63,577 bases of DNA, filler included, from Actinomycetota bacterium (GCA_025963875.1; 7 parts of 7 records of this genome joined end to end with filler, not necessarily neighbours in it), one strand, 5' to 3'. Shown: positions 47,100-57,363, numbered from the whole stretch's first letter. Numbers and translations are program-made. Notes: generated by a model from the sequence alone, not told the origin.

Positions 47100-49289
47100 T
47101 CACGGCACGCCGAGCCCGAAGCGGTCCCGTGGCGATCTCGACGGCGACGGCACCGGCGAAGGGGGACCGAAGGGCCACGGCAGCACCGGAACCGATGCGG
47201 TGGCGGTGGGCCGCCCCGGTGTGACCGTCGCCGTCACGCTCGGCGTCACCGTCGGGGTGACGGTCGCCGTCACCGACGGCTCCGGGCTCGGCGTGGGGGC
47301 CGGCAGCACCGGGAGGCGGAAGCCGCTGTCCGGTGGCTGGCTGATGGGTGCCACGAACGGCGTTGCCGGGACGCCCGCCAGGGCCGCCGTCATGTAGGCG
47401 GACCACATCGCTGCCGGGAGGGTCCCGCCGGTGACCTGGGCCACCCCGTGGATGCCCCGCATCGCTTTGTTCGCGTCCCGGTAGCCCATCCACACCGACG
47501 TCGCGAGATCGGGGGTGTAGCCGACGAACCACGCGTTGCGGAAGTCGGTGGCCGTCCCCGTCTTGCCGGCGGCCGGGCGCCCGGGGATCGTGGCCGCGGT
47601 GCCCGTGCCCCGGGTGATGACCTCCTGCAGGAGGGTGGTGGCGGCGAATGCAACGTCGGGGCTGACCGCCTGCACCGGGTCGGAGGGGCCGGACTCCAGC
47701 AGCTGGCCCGTCCCGTCGGTGACGCGGGACACGACCTTGGGCTGTCGGTAGGTCCCGCCCGCAGCCAGGGTCGCATAGGCGGACGCCATCTCGAGCGGCG
47801 TCACCTCCTCCGACCCCAGGGCGATGGACGGCAGGGCCTCGAGCAGCGTCAGGCAGCGGTCGTTCGCCGTCTGCTTGCAGCCCGAGCGCCCCGGCAGCCA
47901 CGCCGGTCCGGGGATCCCCATCCGCCGGGCGGCGTCCACCACCTTGTCGGGACCGACCTGGAGCACCAGCTGCGCGTAGAACGTGTTGACGGAGTGGATC
48001 GTCGCCGTCTCGAGCGAGATCGGTCCGAAGCTCTCGTTGTCGAAGTTGGACACGTGGCAGTCGGGTTTCCACGCCGGCAGGCAGATCGTCGACGGGCCGG
48101 GCAGGGTCGTGCCCGCCGTCAACCCCCGCTCCAGCGCCGCAACGAGCACGAACGGCTTGAACGACGATCCCGGCTGGCGGCGGCCCTGGATGGCGATGTT
48201 GAACTTCTCGGCGCTGTAATCGCGGCCTCCCACGATGGCCGTGACGTACCCGGTGCGAGGGTCCACCGACGCCAGGGAGGCGTAGGGGTCGTCGGGGCGG
48301 TTCAGGGTCTTGGCGATGACGCTCTCGGCCTGCGTCTGCATGGCGGGGTCGAGCGTGGTCGTCACCTCGAGGCCGCCGGAGAACACCGCCTTGTCGCCGT
48401 AGCGCTGCGACAGATAGCGCTGCACGGCGTCGACGAACCAGGGAAAGCGGATGACCTGGACCTTGGAGGCGACGAGCACGGGCTTGATCGCCCTGGCCAC
48501 CGCAAGCTGGTTCTCCGTGATGACGCCGGCGGCCCGCATGCGCTGCAGCACGGTGAGGCGCCGCTCCTCGGCCTGCTGGGGGTGCGAGAAGGGGGAGTAG
48601 GCCTCGGGGGCCGGGATGACCCCGACGAGCTCGGCCGACTCCGACAGGGTGAGCTGCGCGGCGTGCTTGTTGAAGTAGGTCTGGGCCGCCGCCTCGGCCC
48701 CGTACGCCCCCTCGCCGAAGTACGTCGAGTTGAGGTAGCTCTCCAGGATCTTGGACTTCGAGTACGTCCGCTCCAGCTGGGCGGCGACGAGCGCCTCCCG
48801 GAACTTGCGGAACAGCGACCGCTGGTTGCCGGTGTAGGCGTTCTTCACGTACTGCTCGGTGATGGTCGAGCCGCCCTGGACCGCTGTCTTGGCCCGGACG
48901 TCGGCGAGCAACGCCCGGAAGATCGATTTCAGGTCGATGCCGGAGTGCTGGTAGAAGCGGGAGTCCTCCGACGACACGGCCGCCTGCTGGAGGGACGTCG
49001 CCATCTGGTCGAGGGCGACCGGCTCCCGGTTGTACTGGGCGTGCAGCGACGCCAGCAGCGACCCGTCGGCGGCGTAGATGTGGCTGGTCGCCGCGTTGGT
49101 CGTGGCCTGGGGCTGCGGCAGCGTGACGGGCGGCGGGAACAGCAGGAAGGCGGCGAACGCGAAGCCGAGGGCGACGCTGGGCACCCCGACGAGGAGGAGA
49201 ACGGCGGCCAGCGCGATGTCGCGGGGCCGGTGCCGGATCCGCGGCCACAGCCTCGCCCGGAGCCGGATGGTTGCTGGGAGGTTAGCCAC
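47100..49289 (-). CDS. Class A penicillin-binding protein (transglycosylase/transpeptidase)
   Basis: EDSRFYQH, GGSTITEQ, RKFRE, YLN; SSFK, SVN, GKTGT. Confidence 0.93.
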   Translation of the reverse strand: MANLPATIRLRARLWPRIRHRPRDIALAAVLLLVGVPSVALGFAFAAFLLFPPPVTLPQPQATTNAATSHIYAADGSLLASLHAQYNREPVALDQMATSLQQAAVSSEDSRFYQHSGIDLKSIFRALLADVRAKTAVQGGSTITEQYVKNAYTGNQRSLFRKFREALVAAQLERTYSKSKILESYLNSTYFGEGAYGAEAAAQTYFNKHAAQLTLSESAELVGVIPAPEAYSPFSHPQQAEERRLTVLQRMRAAGVITENQLAVARAIKPVLVASKVQVIRFPWFVDAVQRYLSQRYGDKAVFSGGLEVTTTLDPAMQTQAESVIAKTLNRPDDPYASLASVDPRTGYVTAIVGGRDYSAEKFNIAIQGRRQPGSSFKPFVLVAALERGLTAGTTLPGPSTICLPAWKPDCHVSNFDNESFGPISLETATIHSVNTFYAQLVLQVGPDKVVDAARRMGIPGPAWLPGRSGCKQTANDRCLTLLEALPSIALGSEEVTPLEMASAYATLAAGGTYRQPKVVSRVTDGTGQLLESGPSDPVQAVSPDVAFAATTLLQEVITRGTGTAATIPGRPAAGKTGTATDFRNAWFVGYTPDLATSVWMGYRDANKAMRGIHGVAQVTGGTLPAAMWSAYMTAALAGVPATPFVAPISQPPDSGFRLPVLPAPTPSPEPSVTATVTPTVTPSVTATVTPGRPTATASVPVLPWPFGPPSPVPSPSRSPRDRFGLGVP

Positions 49290-49313
49290 GAGGTGGCCTT
49301 AGGATAATTCACC

Positions 49314-50732
49314 ATGGAAGGGTTCCGGCAGCTTCCCCAGGTAGACCGCCTGATCGACGCCCTCGGCACCAACGAGGGCGCCGGCGAGCCGCATGCCCTG
49401 AAGGCGGCGGCCGCCCGCCGGGTGATCGACGAGGCGAGGGTCGCCATCGGCGAAGGGGCACCTGCCGCCAGCATGGAGCAGCTGGCCGCATCCGCCACCC
49501 GGCTCCTGGAGGCGGGGCGCCGCCGCAGGCTCGTCCCCGTGGTCAACGCCACCGGCGTCCTGCTGCACACCAACCTGGGCCGGGCCCCCATGGGCCGCCG
49601 CCAGCTCGACGCCGTCGAGGCGATCGCGACCGGCTACTCCAACCTCGAGTTCGACCTCGCCGAGGGACGCCGGGGGAGCCGCTACGACCACGCCCGCGAG
49701 CTGCTCACGACCTTGACGGGCGCCGAAGCTGCCCTCGTCGTCAACAACAACGCCGCGGCCGTCCTGCTCGTCCTCGCCACCGTCGCCCGGGGGAGGGAGG
49801 TCGTCATCTCCCGGGGGGAGCTCATCGAGATCGGCGGCGAGTTCCGCATCCCGGCCATCCTGCAGGAGTCGGGTGCCACGCTGCGGGAGGTCGGCACGAC
49901 CAACCGGACGCACCTCAGGGACTACCGGGAGGCGATCGGCGAGTCGACCGCGGCGGTGATGAAGGTCCATCCCTCCAACTACCAGGTGGTGGGTTTCACC
50001 AAGTCCGTGACGGGCCGCGAGCTGGCGGAGCTCGCCCATGCGGCCCCCGGTGGGGGCATCCCCCTGATCCACGACATCGGCAGCGGGCTGCTGCGCCACG
50101 GCATCGCCGGCAGGCAGCTCCCGTGGCTGGCGGAGGAGCCCACCGTCGAGGCGTCGCTGGCGGACGGCGCGGACGTGGTCACGTTCTCGGGCGACAAGCT
50201 GCTCGGCGGCCCCCAGGCGGGCCTCATCGTGGGCCGGGCGGAGATCATCGCCGCCATGGGGCACTCGCCGCTGCTCCGGACCTACCGGGTGGACAAGACC
50301 ACCCTCGCCGCCCTGGAGGCCACCCTGCTCGCCTACCTGGAGGGCAGGGAGGAGGAGTTGCCCTTGTGGTCGATGGCGCTGCTCGCCCCCAGCGAGATCG
50401 AGACGCGGGCTGCGGCGGTGCGCTCGCTCCTGCTCTCCCAGCCCTCTCAAGGGGGCGACGTCGACGCCAAGGTCGAGCTGGTGGACGGGTTCTCCACCAC
50501 CGGAGGCGGCTCCGCCCCCACCAGCAGGATTCCCACCGTGCTCCTGGAGATCGCACCCCGGACGAGGGCCGTGGCCGCCGTCCGCGCCGACCTCATCGGC
50601 GGCGACCCGCCCGTGGTCGCCCGCCTGGAAGAAGACCGCCTCGTGCTCGACCTCCGCACCGTCGCCCCCGAGCAGGATGCGACGGTGGCCGAGGCCCTGC
50701 GCCGGGTGCTCGCCACGGACACTGCCGGCTAG
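49314..50732 (+). CDS. selA: L-seryl-tRNA(Sec) selenium transferase
   Basis: NATGVLLHTNLGRA, VNNNAAA, SRGELIEIGG, GTTNRT, FSGDKLLGGPQAG. Confidence 0.96.
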   Translation: MEGFRQLPQVDRLIDALGTNEGAGEPHALKAAAARRVIDEARVAIGEGAPAASMEQLAASATRLLEAGRRRRLVPVVNATGVLLHTNLGRAPMGRRQLDAVEAIATGYSNLEFDLAEGRRGSRYDHARELLTTLTGAEAALVVNNNAAAVLLVLATVARGREVVISRGELIEIGGEFRIPAILQESGATLREVGTTNRTHLRDYREAIGESTAAVMKVHPSNYQVVGFTKSVTGRELAELAHAAPGGGIPLIHDIGSGLLRHGIAGRQLPWLAEEPTVEASLADGADVVTFSGDKLLGGPQAGLIVGRAEIIAAMGHSPLLRTYRVDKTTLAALEATLLAYLEGREEELPLWSMALLAPSEIETRAAAVRSLLLSQPSQGGDVDAKVELVDGFSTTGGGSAPTSRIPTVLLEIAPRTRAVAAVRADLIGGDPPVVARLEEDRLVLDLRTVAPEQDATVAEALRRVLATDTAG

Positions 50733-50734
50733 CC

Positions 50735-52585
50735 GTGTACGTTGTCGCCACCGCCGGTCACGTCGACCACGGCAAGAGTGCGCTCGTCCTGGCACTCACC
50801 GGCATCGATCCCGACCGCCTCGAGGAGGAGAAACGTCGGGGACTCACCATCGACCTCGGCTTCGCCTGGCTCAAGCTGCCGTCGGGCCGGGAAGTGGGGA
50901 TCGTCGACGTCCCGGGCCACGAGCGGTTCATCCGCAACATGCTGGCCGGGGTCGGCGCCATCAACGCCACCATCTTCGTCGTGGCGGCCAACGAGGGGTG
51001 GAAGCCGCAGTCGCAGGAGCACCTGGACATCCTCGATCTGCTCGGCGTCTCGGCCGGGGTCGTCGTGGTCACCAAGGCCGACCTCGTCGATGCGGACACG
51101 CTGGAGGCGGTCATGGCCGGCGTGCGTGAGCGGATCGCCGGCACCTCGCTCGGCGGTGCCCACGTGCTCGCCGTCTCCTCGACGACCGGGGCCGGCCTGG
51201 ACGACCTCCAGGCTGAGCTCGACCGGGTGCTCGATGCGACCCCACCCGCAGAGGACCGGCACCGGCCCCGCCTGTGGGTCGACCGGGTGTTCTCGATGAA
51301 GGGCTCCGGTACGGTCGTCACCGGGACGCTCACGGGTGGGAGCCTCGCGGAGGACCAGGAGATCGAGGTGCTGCCGGGAGCCGTCCGGGCGCGCATCCGG
51401 GGCATCCAGTCCCACCACCGGCGCCTGAACGAGATCGAGCCCGGCAACCGTACGGCGCTCAACCTCGTCGGCCTCGACCCCCAGGCGATCCGGCGGGGCG
51501 ACGTGGTGACCCTGCCGGGGCTGTGGCGGACGACGCGCCGGTTCCTCGCTTCCATCCGGTTCCTCGAGCACCTGCCCCACGAGGTCACGGAGCGGGGGGC
51601 GTTCAAGGTCTACATCGGCTCCACCGAGTTCAACGCCGAGCTGCGTTTCCTGGAAGGCGCGCCCGATCCTGGCGAGACCGGTCTGGCGCTGCTGACGCTC
51701 GCCGAGCCGGCGGTCCTCGACTGGCACGACCGCTTCGTGCTGCGCGAGGCGGGCCGCGGCGAGACCCTCGGCGGTGGCGTCGTCCTCGAGGCGCACCCGC
51801 AGGAAATCCGCCGGCGGCAACCGTTCGCGTTCCTCGCCGAGCGTGCCAGGCGCCGTGCTGCCGTCGACGACCGCGCCGCGTACTTCTTCGTCGTGCTGGA
51901 GGAGGAGGGCAGCCTGCCCGTGAAGGAAGTGGCAATGCGAACCGGTCTCGATCCGGCGGCGGCCCGGGCTGCCGGAGGTCGGTGGTTCCCGTCGGTGGTG
52001 TTCTCGGAGCAGGCGTTCGGGGCCGTATCGGCGAAGCTGGTCGCCGCCCTGCGCAGCCATCAGGAGTCCCATCCCCTCGAAGCGGGGATGCCCCGTGCGG
52101 CGGTGCGATCGGTGCTCGGAAGTGAGATCCGGGGCACCCGTGCCTTCGACGAGCTGGTCGAGGAACTCGCGAAACGGCGCGAGATCGTCGCCGATGCGAC
52201 CGCGCTGCGCACCCCGGACTTCGTCCCGGCGCTCGGGGGCAAGGAGACGGACGAGCTCATGGCCCTGCTCCTCGGGGCGAAAGCTGCTCCGCCCCTGCTG
52301 CCGGAGCTTGGCCGGCGCTTCGATGCCGCCCTCATCCGGGGTCTCGTCCGGACCGGTCAGCTTGTCCAGGTGAGCCAGGACCTCGTCTTCCCGGCGGAGA
52401 CGATGGCCGAGATCCGCAACGTCGTCACGCAGCGGATCGCCTCGGCGGGGCCCTTCACGGTGGCCGAGTTCCGGGACCTGGTGGGAGCGAGCCGAAAGTA
52501 CGCGGTCCCCCTGCTCGAGTACTTCGATCAGGCAGGCTTCACCCGCCGGCAGGGCGACGTCAGGGTATTGGGCCCGAAGGCGTAG
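50735..52585 (+). CDS. selB: Selenocysteine-specific elongation factor
   Basis: ATAGHVDHGKS, EEKRRGLTIDLGFA, DVPGHE, C-terminal winged helix SRKYAVPLLEYFD. Confidence 0.96.
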   Translation: MYVVATAGHVDHGKSALVLALTGIDPDRLEEEKRRGLTIDLGFAWLKLPSGREVGIVDVPGHERFIRNMLAGVGAINATIFVVAANEGWKPQSQEHLDILDLLGVSAGVVVVTKADLVDADTLEAVMAGVRERIAGTSLGGAHVLAVSSTTGAGLDDLQAELDRVLDATPPAEDRHRPRLWVDRVFSMKGSGTVVTGTLTGGSLAEDQEIEVLPGAVRARIRGIQSHHRRLNEIEPGNRTALNLVGLDPQAIRRGDVVTLPGLWRTTRRFLASIRFLEHLPHEVTERGAFKVYIGSTEFNAELRFLEGAPDPGETGLALLTLAEPAVLDWHDRFVLREAGRGETLGGGVVLEAHPQEIRRRQPFAFLAERARRRAAVDDRAAYFFVVLEEEGSLPVKEVAMRTGLDPAAARAAGGRWFPSVVFSEQAFGAVSAKLVAALRSHQESHPLEAGMPRAAVRSVLGSEIRGTRAFDELVEELAKRREIVADATALRTPDFVPALGGKETDELMALLLGAKAAPPLLPELGRRFDAALIRGLVRTGQLVQVSQDLVFPAETMAEIRNVVTQRIASAGPFTVAEFRDLVGASRKYAVPLLEYFDQAGFTRRQGDVRVLGPKA

Positions 52586-52629
52586 GGGGTACGGGGGAGT
52601 TAGGGCCCGCGAGGAAATAACCCGCGCGA

Positions 52630-53090
52630 TCATGCCGCGCTGGTCTCCGCTTCGCGCTTTTGACGGCGCAGGCTCAGCCCGAGCCAGAGAATGTTGCGGG
52701 CGGCGTTGACGTCCGCATGGTCCTCGAACCCGCACGCACGGCAGCAGAACACCGCCTGGGAGGGGCGGTTCGCCGCTTCGGTGTGCCCGCAGGACGAGCA
52801 GCGCCGGCTGGTGTCCCTGGGGTTCACCACGATCAGCTCGCGACCAGCATCCTCCGCTTTGTACGCGACCATCGAGATGAGCGCCCCCCAGGACGCAGCG
52901 AGTATCTCCCGGTTGAGCCCCGCCTTCTGCGCCACCCGTGAGCCGGGCTCCTCCACGCTGCCACTTGCGGAGCGGACCATGTTGGCGATCTTGAGATCCT
53001 CGAACACCATGACGTCATAGCAGTCCACGAGGCTCCGCGAGAGCTGGTGGAGGCCGTCGCGGCGGCGGTTGGCGATCCGGCGGTGCTGGG
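52630..53090 (-). mobile_element. tnpB: IS200/IS605-family TnpB, 3' fragment
   Basis: RuvC FEDL, LNR..WG, zinc finger TSRRCSSCG / FCCRACG, ADVNAARN. Confidence 0.92.
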
Positions 53091-53190
53091 NNNNNNNNNN
53101 NNNNNNNNNNNNNNNNNNNNNNNNNNNNNNNNNNTTAATTAATTAANNNNNNNNNNNNNNNNNNNNNNNNNNNNNNNNNNNNNNNNNNNN
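53091..53190. other. Artificial contig linker
   Basis: N44-TTAATTAATTAA-N44. Confidence 0.98.
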
Positions 53191-54587
53191 GACGGGTCGT
53201 CGCCCAGGAGGCGCACATCGCCGAGCTGGCCGCCCGCCATGCGTCCCGCCGCCGGTCCTGGGCGGTGGTCGGCAACGGCCGGAACCTCATCGCCGCCCAC
53301 GAGGTCCGGATCAAGCTCTCCGAGCTCTGCTACAAGGCGGTCGCCTGCGACACTACCGAGGACAAGAAGCACATCGATCTTTCCTCCGAGCCCCTCACCC
53401 TGGTCTGCGCTGCGGGCCTCACCGGCTCGGCCGCGGACGACGTGGTGAAGGAGATCGGCATCTTCAAGGCCCACAAGGGCGCCCCCGTGGTCATCGTCAC
53501 CGAGGGAGAGGCCAGGTTCGGCCCAGCCGCGGATGTGATCCAGGTGCCGGCGGCCCACCCGTCGCTGGCCTATGTCCTCTCGGCCATGGCCGGTCACCTC
53601 TTCGGCTACCACGCCGCCCTGGCCATCGATGGCCACGCCCTGCCGCTCCGCCGGGCGCGGGCAGCCCTGGACGGCGGCGCCGGTGCCGGGAGCGCGGATC
53701 AGCTCCTCGCCTCCCTGGGGCCCGAGCTGTTCCCCATCGCCGCCGACTTCCAGGAGCGCCTGCGGGAGGGCCACTACAACGGTTCGCTGGAGGCGGCGAC
53801 CGCGGGCCGCATCGTGATGGCGCTGCAGGCGGTCACCGGGGCCGGGGCGTGGACCGCGGGGCACGGCCGGCTGGCCGAGGTCGACGACTCGCCGTCGGCC
53901 CTGCTGAACGAGCTCGCCGCCGCGCTGACCATCGGCATCGACGAGCTGACCCGGCCGGTCGACGCCATCAAGCACCAGGCCAAGACGGTCACCGTCGGCA
54001 TCTCCCGCTCCGACGAGTCCCTGCTCATGCTGCCGCTCGTGAGCGGCCTGCTGGCAACCGGTGCCCAGCGAGGCAACTTCCCCTACGCGGTCCTGCGCTC
54101 CGTCGCCGCGCTCGACCCCGCGGTGGCCGAGATCACCGGCTACACCCGGTACCGCATCGATGGCCGCCCGGACGACCCCGCCACGTCGATCTCGGTGCTC
54201 GACAAGGGCGGCATCGCCGCCGGCGTCGCCTCCCGGGCCGAGACCGACCACCGCCTCCGGGGCACCAAGCAGCTCGTCGCCCTGGAACGCCAGCCGCTCG
54301 CAGCCATCGGGCGCAGCGACGGCAGGAGCGTGCTGATCGTGCCGGAGATCGCCGGGGGCCTCACCGCCGGGCTGACGCTGCTGCATGTCCGGTTCCAGGA
54401 CCGCCTCACCGCCGCCCAGGCCCGCCACGTCCTCGACGGGTACCGCGGGAGGCTGGCCGCCCTGCGGAGCATCGTGACCGAGACCGAGGCGGTGTTCGAC
54501 GAGAGCCGTCTCGCCTCCATCCCGACGGCCAACCTGCTGACCGACACCCTGGTCGTCCTGGCCGAGCATTGGCGAACCCCCGGGTAG
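53191..54587 (+). CDS. glmS: Atypical long glutamine:fructose-6-P aminotransferase, C-terminal part
   Basis: SIS motifs RIKLSELCYK, EDKKH, RPVDAIKHQAKTVTVG (cf. PRNLAKSVTVE); lies upstream of nnr-alr. Confidence 0.7.
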
Positions 54588-54616
54588 AGCCACCGAGGCT
54601 CCGGTAGGCTCCCCCG

Positions 54617-55756
54617 ATGACGGGACCGGGGGCGATGGCGAGCGAGGCGGCGGGCGTCGTCGTCATCGTCGTGACGTCCGCCAGCGTCGCCCGGACGCTC
54701 CTGCTGCCCGGGAGCCGGGTGGGGTTCCTGCTCAGGAAAATCGACCAGGGCACCGACCGCATCTTCCGGCTGGCCGGCCGCTTCACCTCCACCCACGAGC
54801 GCCGGAGCCGGTTCCGCTCCATGCATGCCCCCATGATCCTGGCCGCCCAGCTGTGGAGCTGGCTCGGCCTGTACTTCCTTGGCTACGCCCTGCTGCTGTG
54901 GCCCCAGACCGGCCAGCTCGCCCGAGCGCTGAAGGAGTCGGGCTCCTCGCTCCTGACCCTCGGCTTCGCCGCCAGCGGGCAGGGGACCGCCGTGGCGATC
55001 GACCTCCTGGCTGCGACAACCGGGCTGATCGTCGTCGCACTGCAGATCGCCTACCTGCCGACGCTCTACAACGCCTTCAACCGCCGCGAGGCCGACGTCT
55101 CCCTCCTGGCAGTCCGGGCCGGCAAGCCGGCCTGGGGGCCGGAGCTGCTCGCCCGCTCCCACCTCATGGGGGCCGTCTCGGAGCTTCCGGCGCTGTACGC
55201 CACCTGGGAGCGCTGGGCGGCAGACGTGGCGGAGAGCCACTCGAGCTATCCCGTCCTGCTGCGCTTCCGCGCCGCGAACCCCCTGTCGTCGTGGCTCACC
55301 GGGTTCGTGGCGGTGCTCGACTCGGCGGCCCTCTACGCCTCCATCGCCACGGACGGTTCTCCGCTCCAGGCCCGGCTGTTCCTGCGGATGGGCTTCGGGT
55401 GCCTGCAGCAACTCGCCGACACGGTCGGGATCGCCTACGACCCCGACCCCCGGCCCGACGCAGGGATCCGGCTCACCGAGGCCGAGTTCCAGCAGGGCAT
55501 CGACCGTCTCCGGGCGTACGACTTCCCCATCGACCGGCCGGTCGAGGAGATCTGGATCCACTTCCAGGGCTGGCGGGTGAACTACGAGTCCATCGTCTAC
55601 AACCTGGCCCTGCAGATCGACGCCCCACCGGCGCTGTGGTCCGGCCCCCGGCGCCAGCTCACACCGCAGATCGCCCCCAAGAAGCTCCTCGACCGGACGC
55701 CGGAGGATCCCCAGGGAGCCAAGCCCGTCAAAAAGGGGCGGAAGGTCGAGACCTAA
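54617..55756 (+). CDS. Membrane protein with a channel pore-loop-like segment
   Basis: TM-ESGSSLLTLGF-TM, IAYLPTLY..F.RRE, soluble C-terminus. Confidence 0.65.
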   Translation: MTGPGAMASEAAGVVVIVVTSASVARTLLLPGSRVGFLLRKIDQGTDRIFRLAGRFTSTHERRSRFRSMHAPMILAAQLWSWLGLYFLGYALLLWPQTGQLARALKESGSSLLTLGFAASGQGTAVAIDLLAATTGLIVVALQIAYLPTLYNAFNRREADVSLLAVRAGKPAWGPELLARSHLMGAVSELPALYATWERWAADVAESHSSYPVLLRFRAANPLSSWLTGFVAVLDSAALYASIATDGSPLQARLFLRMGFGCLQQLADTVGIAYDPDPRPDAGIRLTEAEFQQGIDRLRAYDFPIDRPVEEIWIHFQGWRVNYESIVYNLALQIDAPPALWSGPRRQLTPQIAPKKLLDRTPEDPQGAKPVKKGRKVET

Positions 55757-55768
55757 TGGGGCGCTGGC

Positions 55769-55821
55769 GAATTCTTTGCTTCCCTGACCGCGCCATACGC
55801 GGTAGGAGGAGCAAAGAATTC
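55769..55821. repeat. Palindromic intergenic repeat, family B copy 2
   Basis: GAATTCTTTGCT...ACCGCG-ccata-CGCGGT...AGCAAAGAATTC. Confidence 0.8.
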
Positions 55822-55833
55822 TAGAATGACGCC

Positions 55834-57363
55834 GTGCTGGCCGTCCTCACCCCTGAGCAGATGGCTGCGGCCGACCGGGCGACGATCGCTGCCGGAACCC
55901 CTTCGCTCACGCTCATGGAGCGGGCGGGCATCGCCGTGGCACGAGCCGCCGCGCGGGCCACGGGCGGGACCTACGGGCGCCGGGTCCTCGTCTTGGCCGG
56001 CAAGGGCAACAACGGCGGCGACGGACTCGTGGCGGCACGCCACCTCGCCGCCTGGGGAGCGTTCCCGGTCGTGGTCTTCCCCGACGACCCGGGCACATTG
56101 AAGGGCGACGCCAGAACGAACCTGGAGCGCCTCCGCAACGTCCGCCAGCTCCGCTTCGAAGAGCGGGGCTTCGCCCGGGAGCTCGGGCGTGCGGACGTCG
56201 TCGTCGACGCCCTCTACGGGACGGGGTTCAAGGGCGCCCTCGCCGGCCCCCCGGCGCGGGCGGTGACCGCGGTCAACCGCTCCGGCCTGCCCGTCGTGGC
56301 CGTCGACATCCCCTCGGGCGTCGACGGGATGACGGGCCGGGTGGACGGTCCGGCCATCCGGGCCACGACCACGGTCACCATGGCGGCCCTCAAGCTGGGC
56401 ATCGTCTTCCACCCCGGCAGCGAGTACGCGGGGGAGGTCGAGGTGGCGGACATCGGCATCGTGACCCCGCAGTTCCCCAGGGTGGTCGGGGTGCCGGAGG
56501 CGGCCGACGTCGCCCGGGTCCTCGGCCACCGCCCCCTGGACGCCCACAAACGCAGCGTAGGCACGGCGATGGTGGTTGCCGGGTCGGCCGGGATGTCCGG
56601 CGCCGCCGCCCTCGCCGCCACCGGCGCCCTCCGTTCGGGCGCGGGCCTGGTCACGATCGCGTCGCCGGCATCGGTGGTCACCGAGGTCCATCCCCGGGTG
56701 CTCGAGGCCACGAGCCTGCGCCTGCCGGAGACGTCGCAGGGGACCGTCGCCGCGGGGGCCCTCGAGCTCCTCCTCGACAAGGCGGCGACGGTGGACGCCG
56801 TGGCGATCGGCCCCGGCCTCTCGACGAATCCGGAGACCGTCGACGTCGTCCGCAAGACCATCGCCGCCCTGGAGAACCCCCTGGTGGCCGACGCGGACGC
56901 CCTGAACGCTCTCGCCGGCGACCCCGGCATCCTCGAGGCCAGGGGTGCCCCGACCGCCATCACCCCCCATCCGGGTGAGCTGTCCCGGCTGCTCGGGATC
57001 TCGACCGCCGCCATCCAGGCCGACCGCCTCGGAGCCGCACGCCGGGCCGCCGAGCGCTTCCAGTCGGCGGTCCTGCTGAAGGGGTACCGCAGCATCGTTG
57101 CCGACCCGTCCGGCGCCACCGTCGTCATCACTACCGGAGGCCCGGCCCTGGCGACCGGGGGGACCGGCGACGTCCTCACGGGGGTCACCGTGGCCCTGCT
57201 GGCCGGCGGCGCCGAGCCGTTCACGGCCGTCTGGGCTGCCTCGTGGCTGCACGGAAGGGCGGGTGACGTGCTGGAGCGGCTCCTCGGGGCACGGGGGACC
57301 CTCGCCGGGGATGTGCCTGCGGCCGTCGCCGGCGTCATGCACGACCTCGAGACTTCGGCGTGA
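55834..57363 (+). CDS. nnr: Bifunctional NAD(P)HX epimerase/dehydratase (YjeF)
   Basis: LMERAG, GKGNNGGDG, VDIPSG, GPGL, DADAL, TPHPGE, GGTGDVL. Confidence 0.95.
   Translation: MLAVLTPEQMAAADRATIAAGTPSLTLMERAGIAVARAAARATGGTYGRRVLVLAGKGNNGGDGLVAARHLAAWGAFPVVVFPDDPGTLKGDARTNLERLRNVRQLRFEERGFARELGRADVVVDALYGTGFKGALAGPPARAVTAVNRSGLPVVAVDIPSGVDGMTGRVDGPAIRATTTVTMAALKLGIVFHPGSEYAGEVEVADIGIVTPQFPRVVGVPEAADVARVLGHRPLDAHKRSVGTAMVVAGSAGMSGAAALAATGALRSGAGLVTIASPASVVTEVHPRVLEATSLRLPETSQGTVAAGALELLLDKAATVDAVAIGPGLSTNPETVDVVRKTIAALENPLVADADALNALAGDPGILEARGAPTAITPHPGELSRLLGISTAAIQADRLGAARRAAERFQSAVLLKGYRSIVADPSGATVVITTGGPALATGGTGDVLTGVTVALLAGGAEPFTAVWAASWLHGRAGDVLERLLGARGTLAGDVPAAVAGVMHDLETSA

Noticed and set aside
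49314..52630. tRNA-Sec (selC) or a selenoprotein near selAB
   Set aside because: No cloverleaf found by eye and no gene in the window with an in-frame TGA at a Cys position
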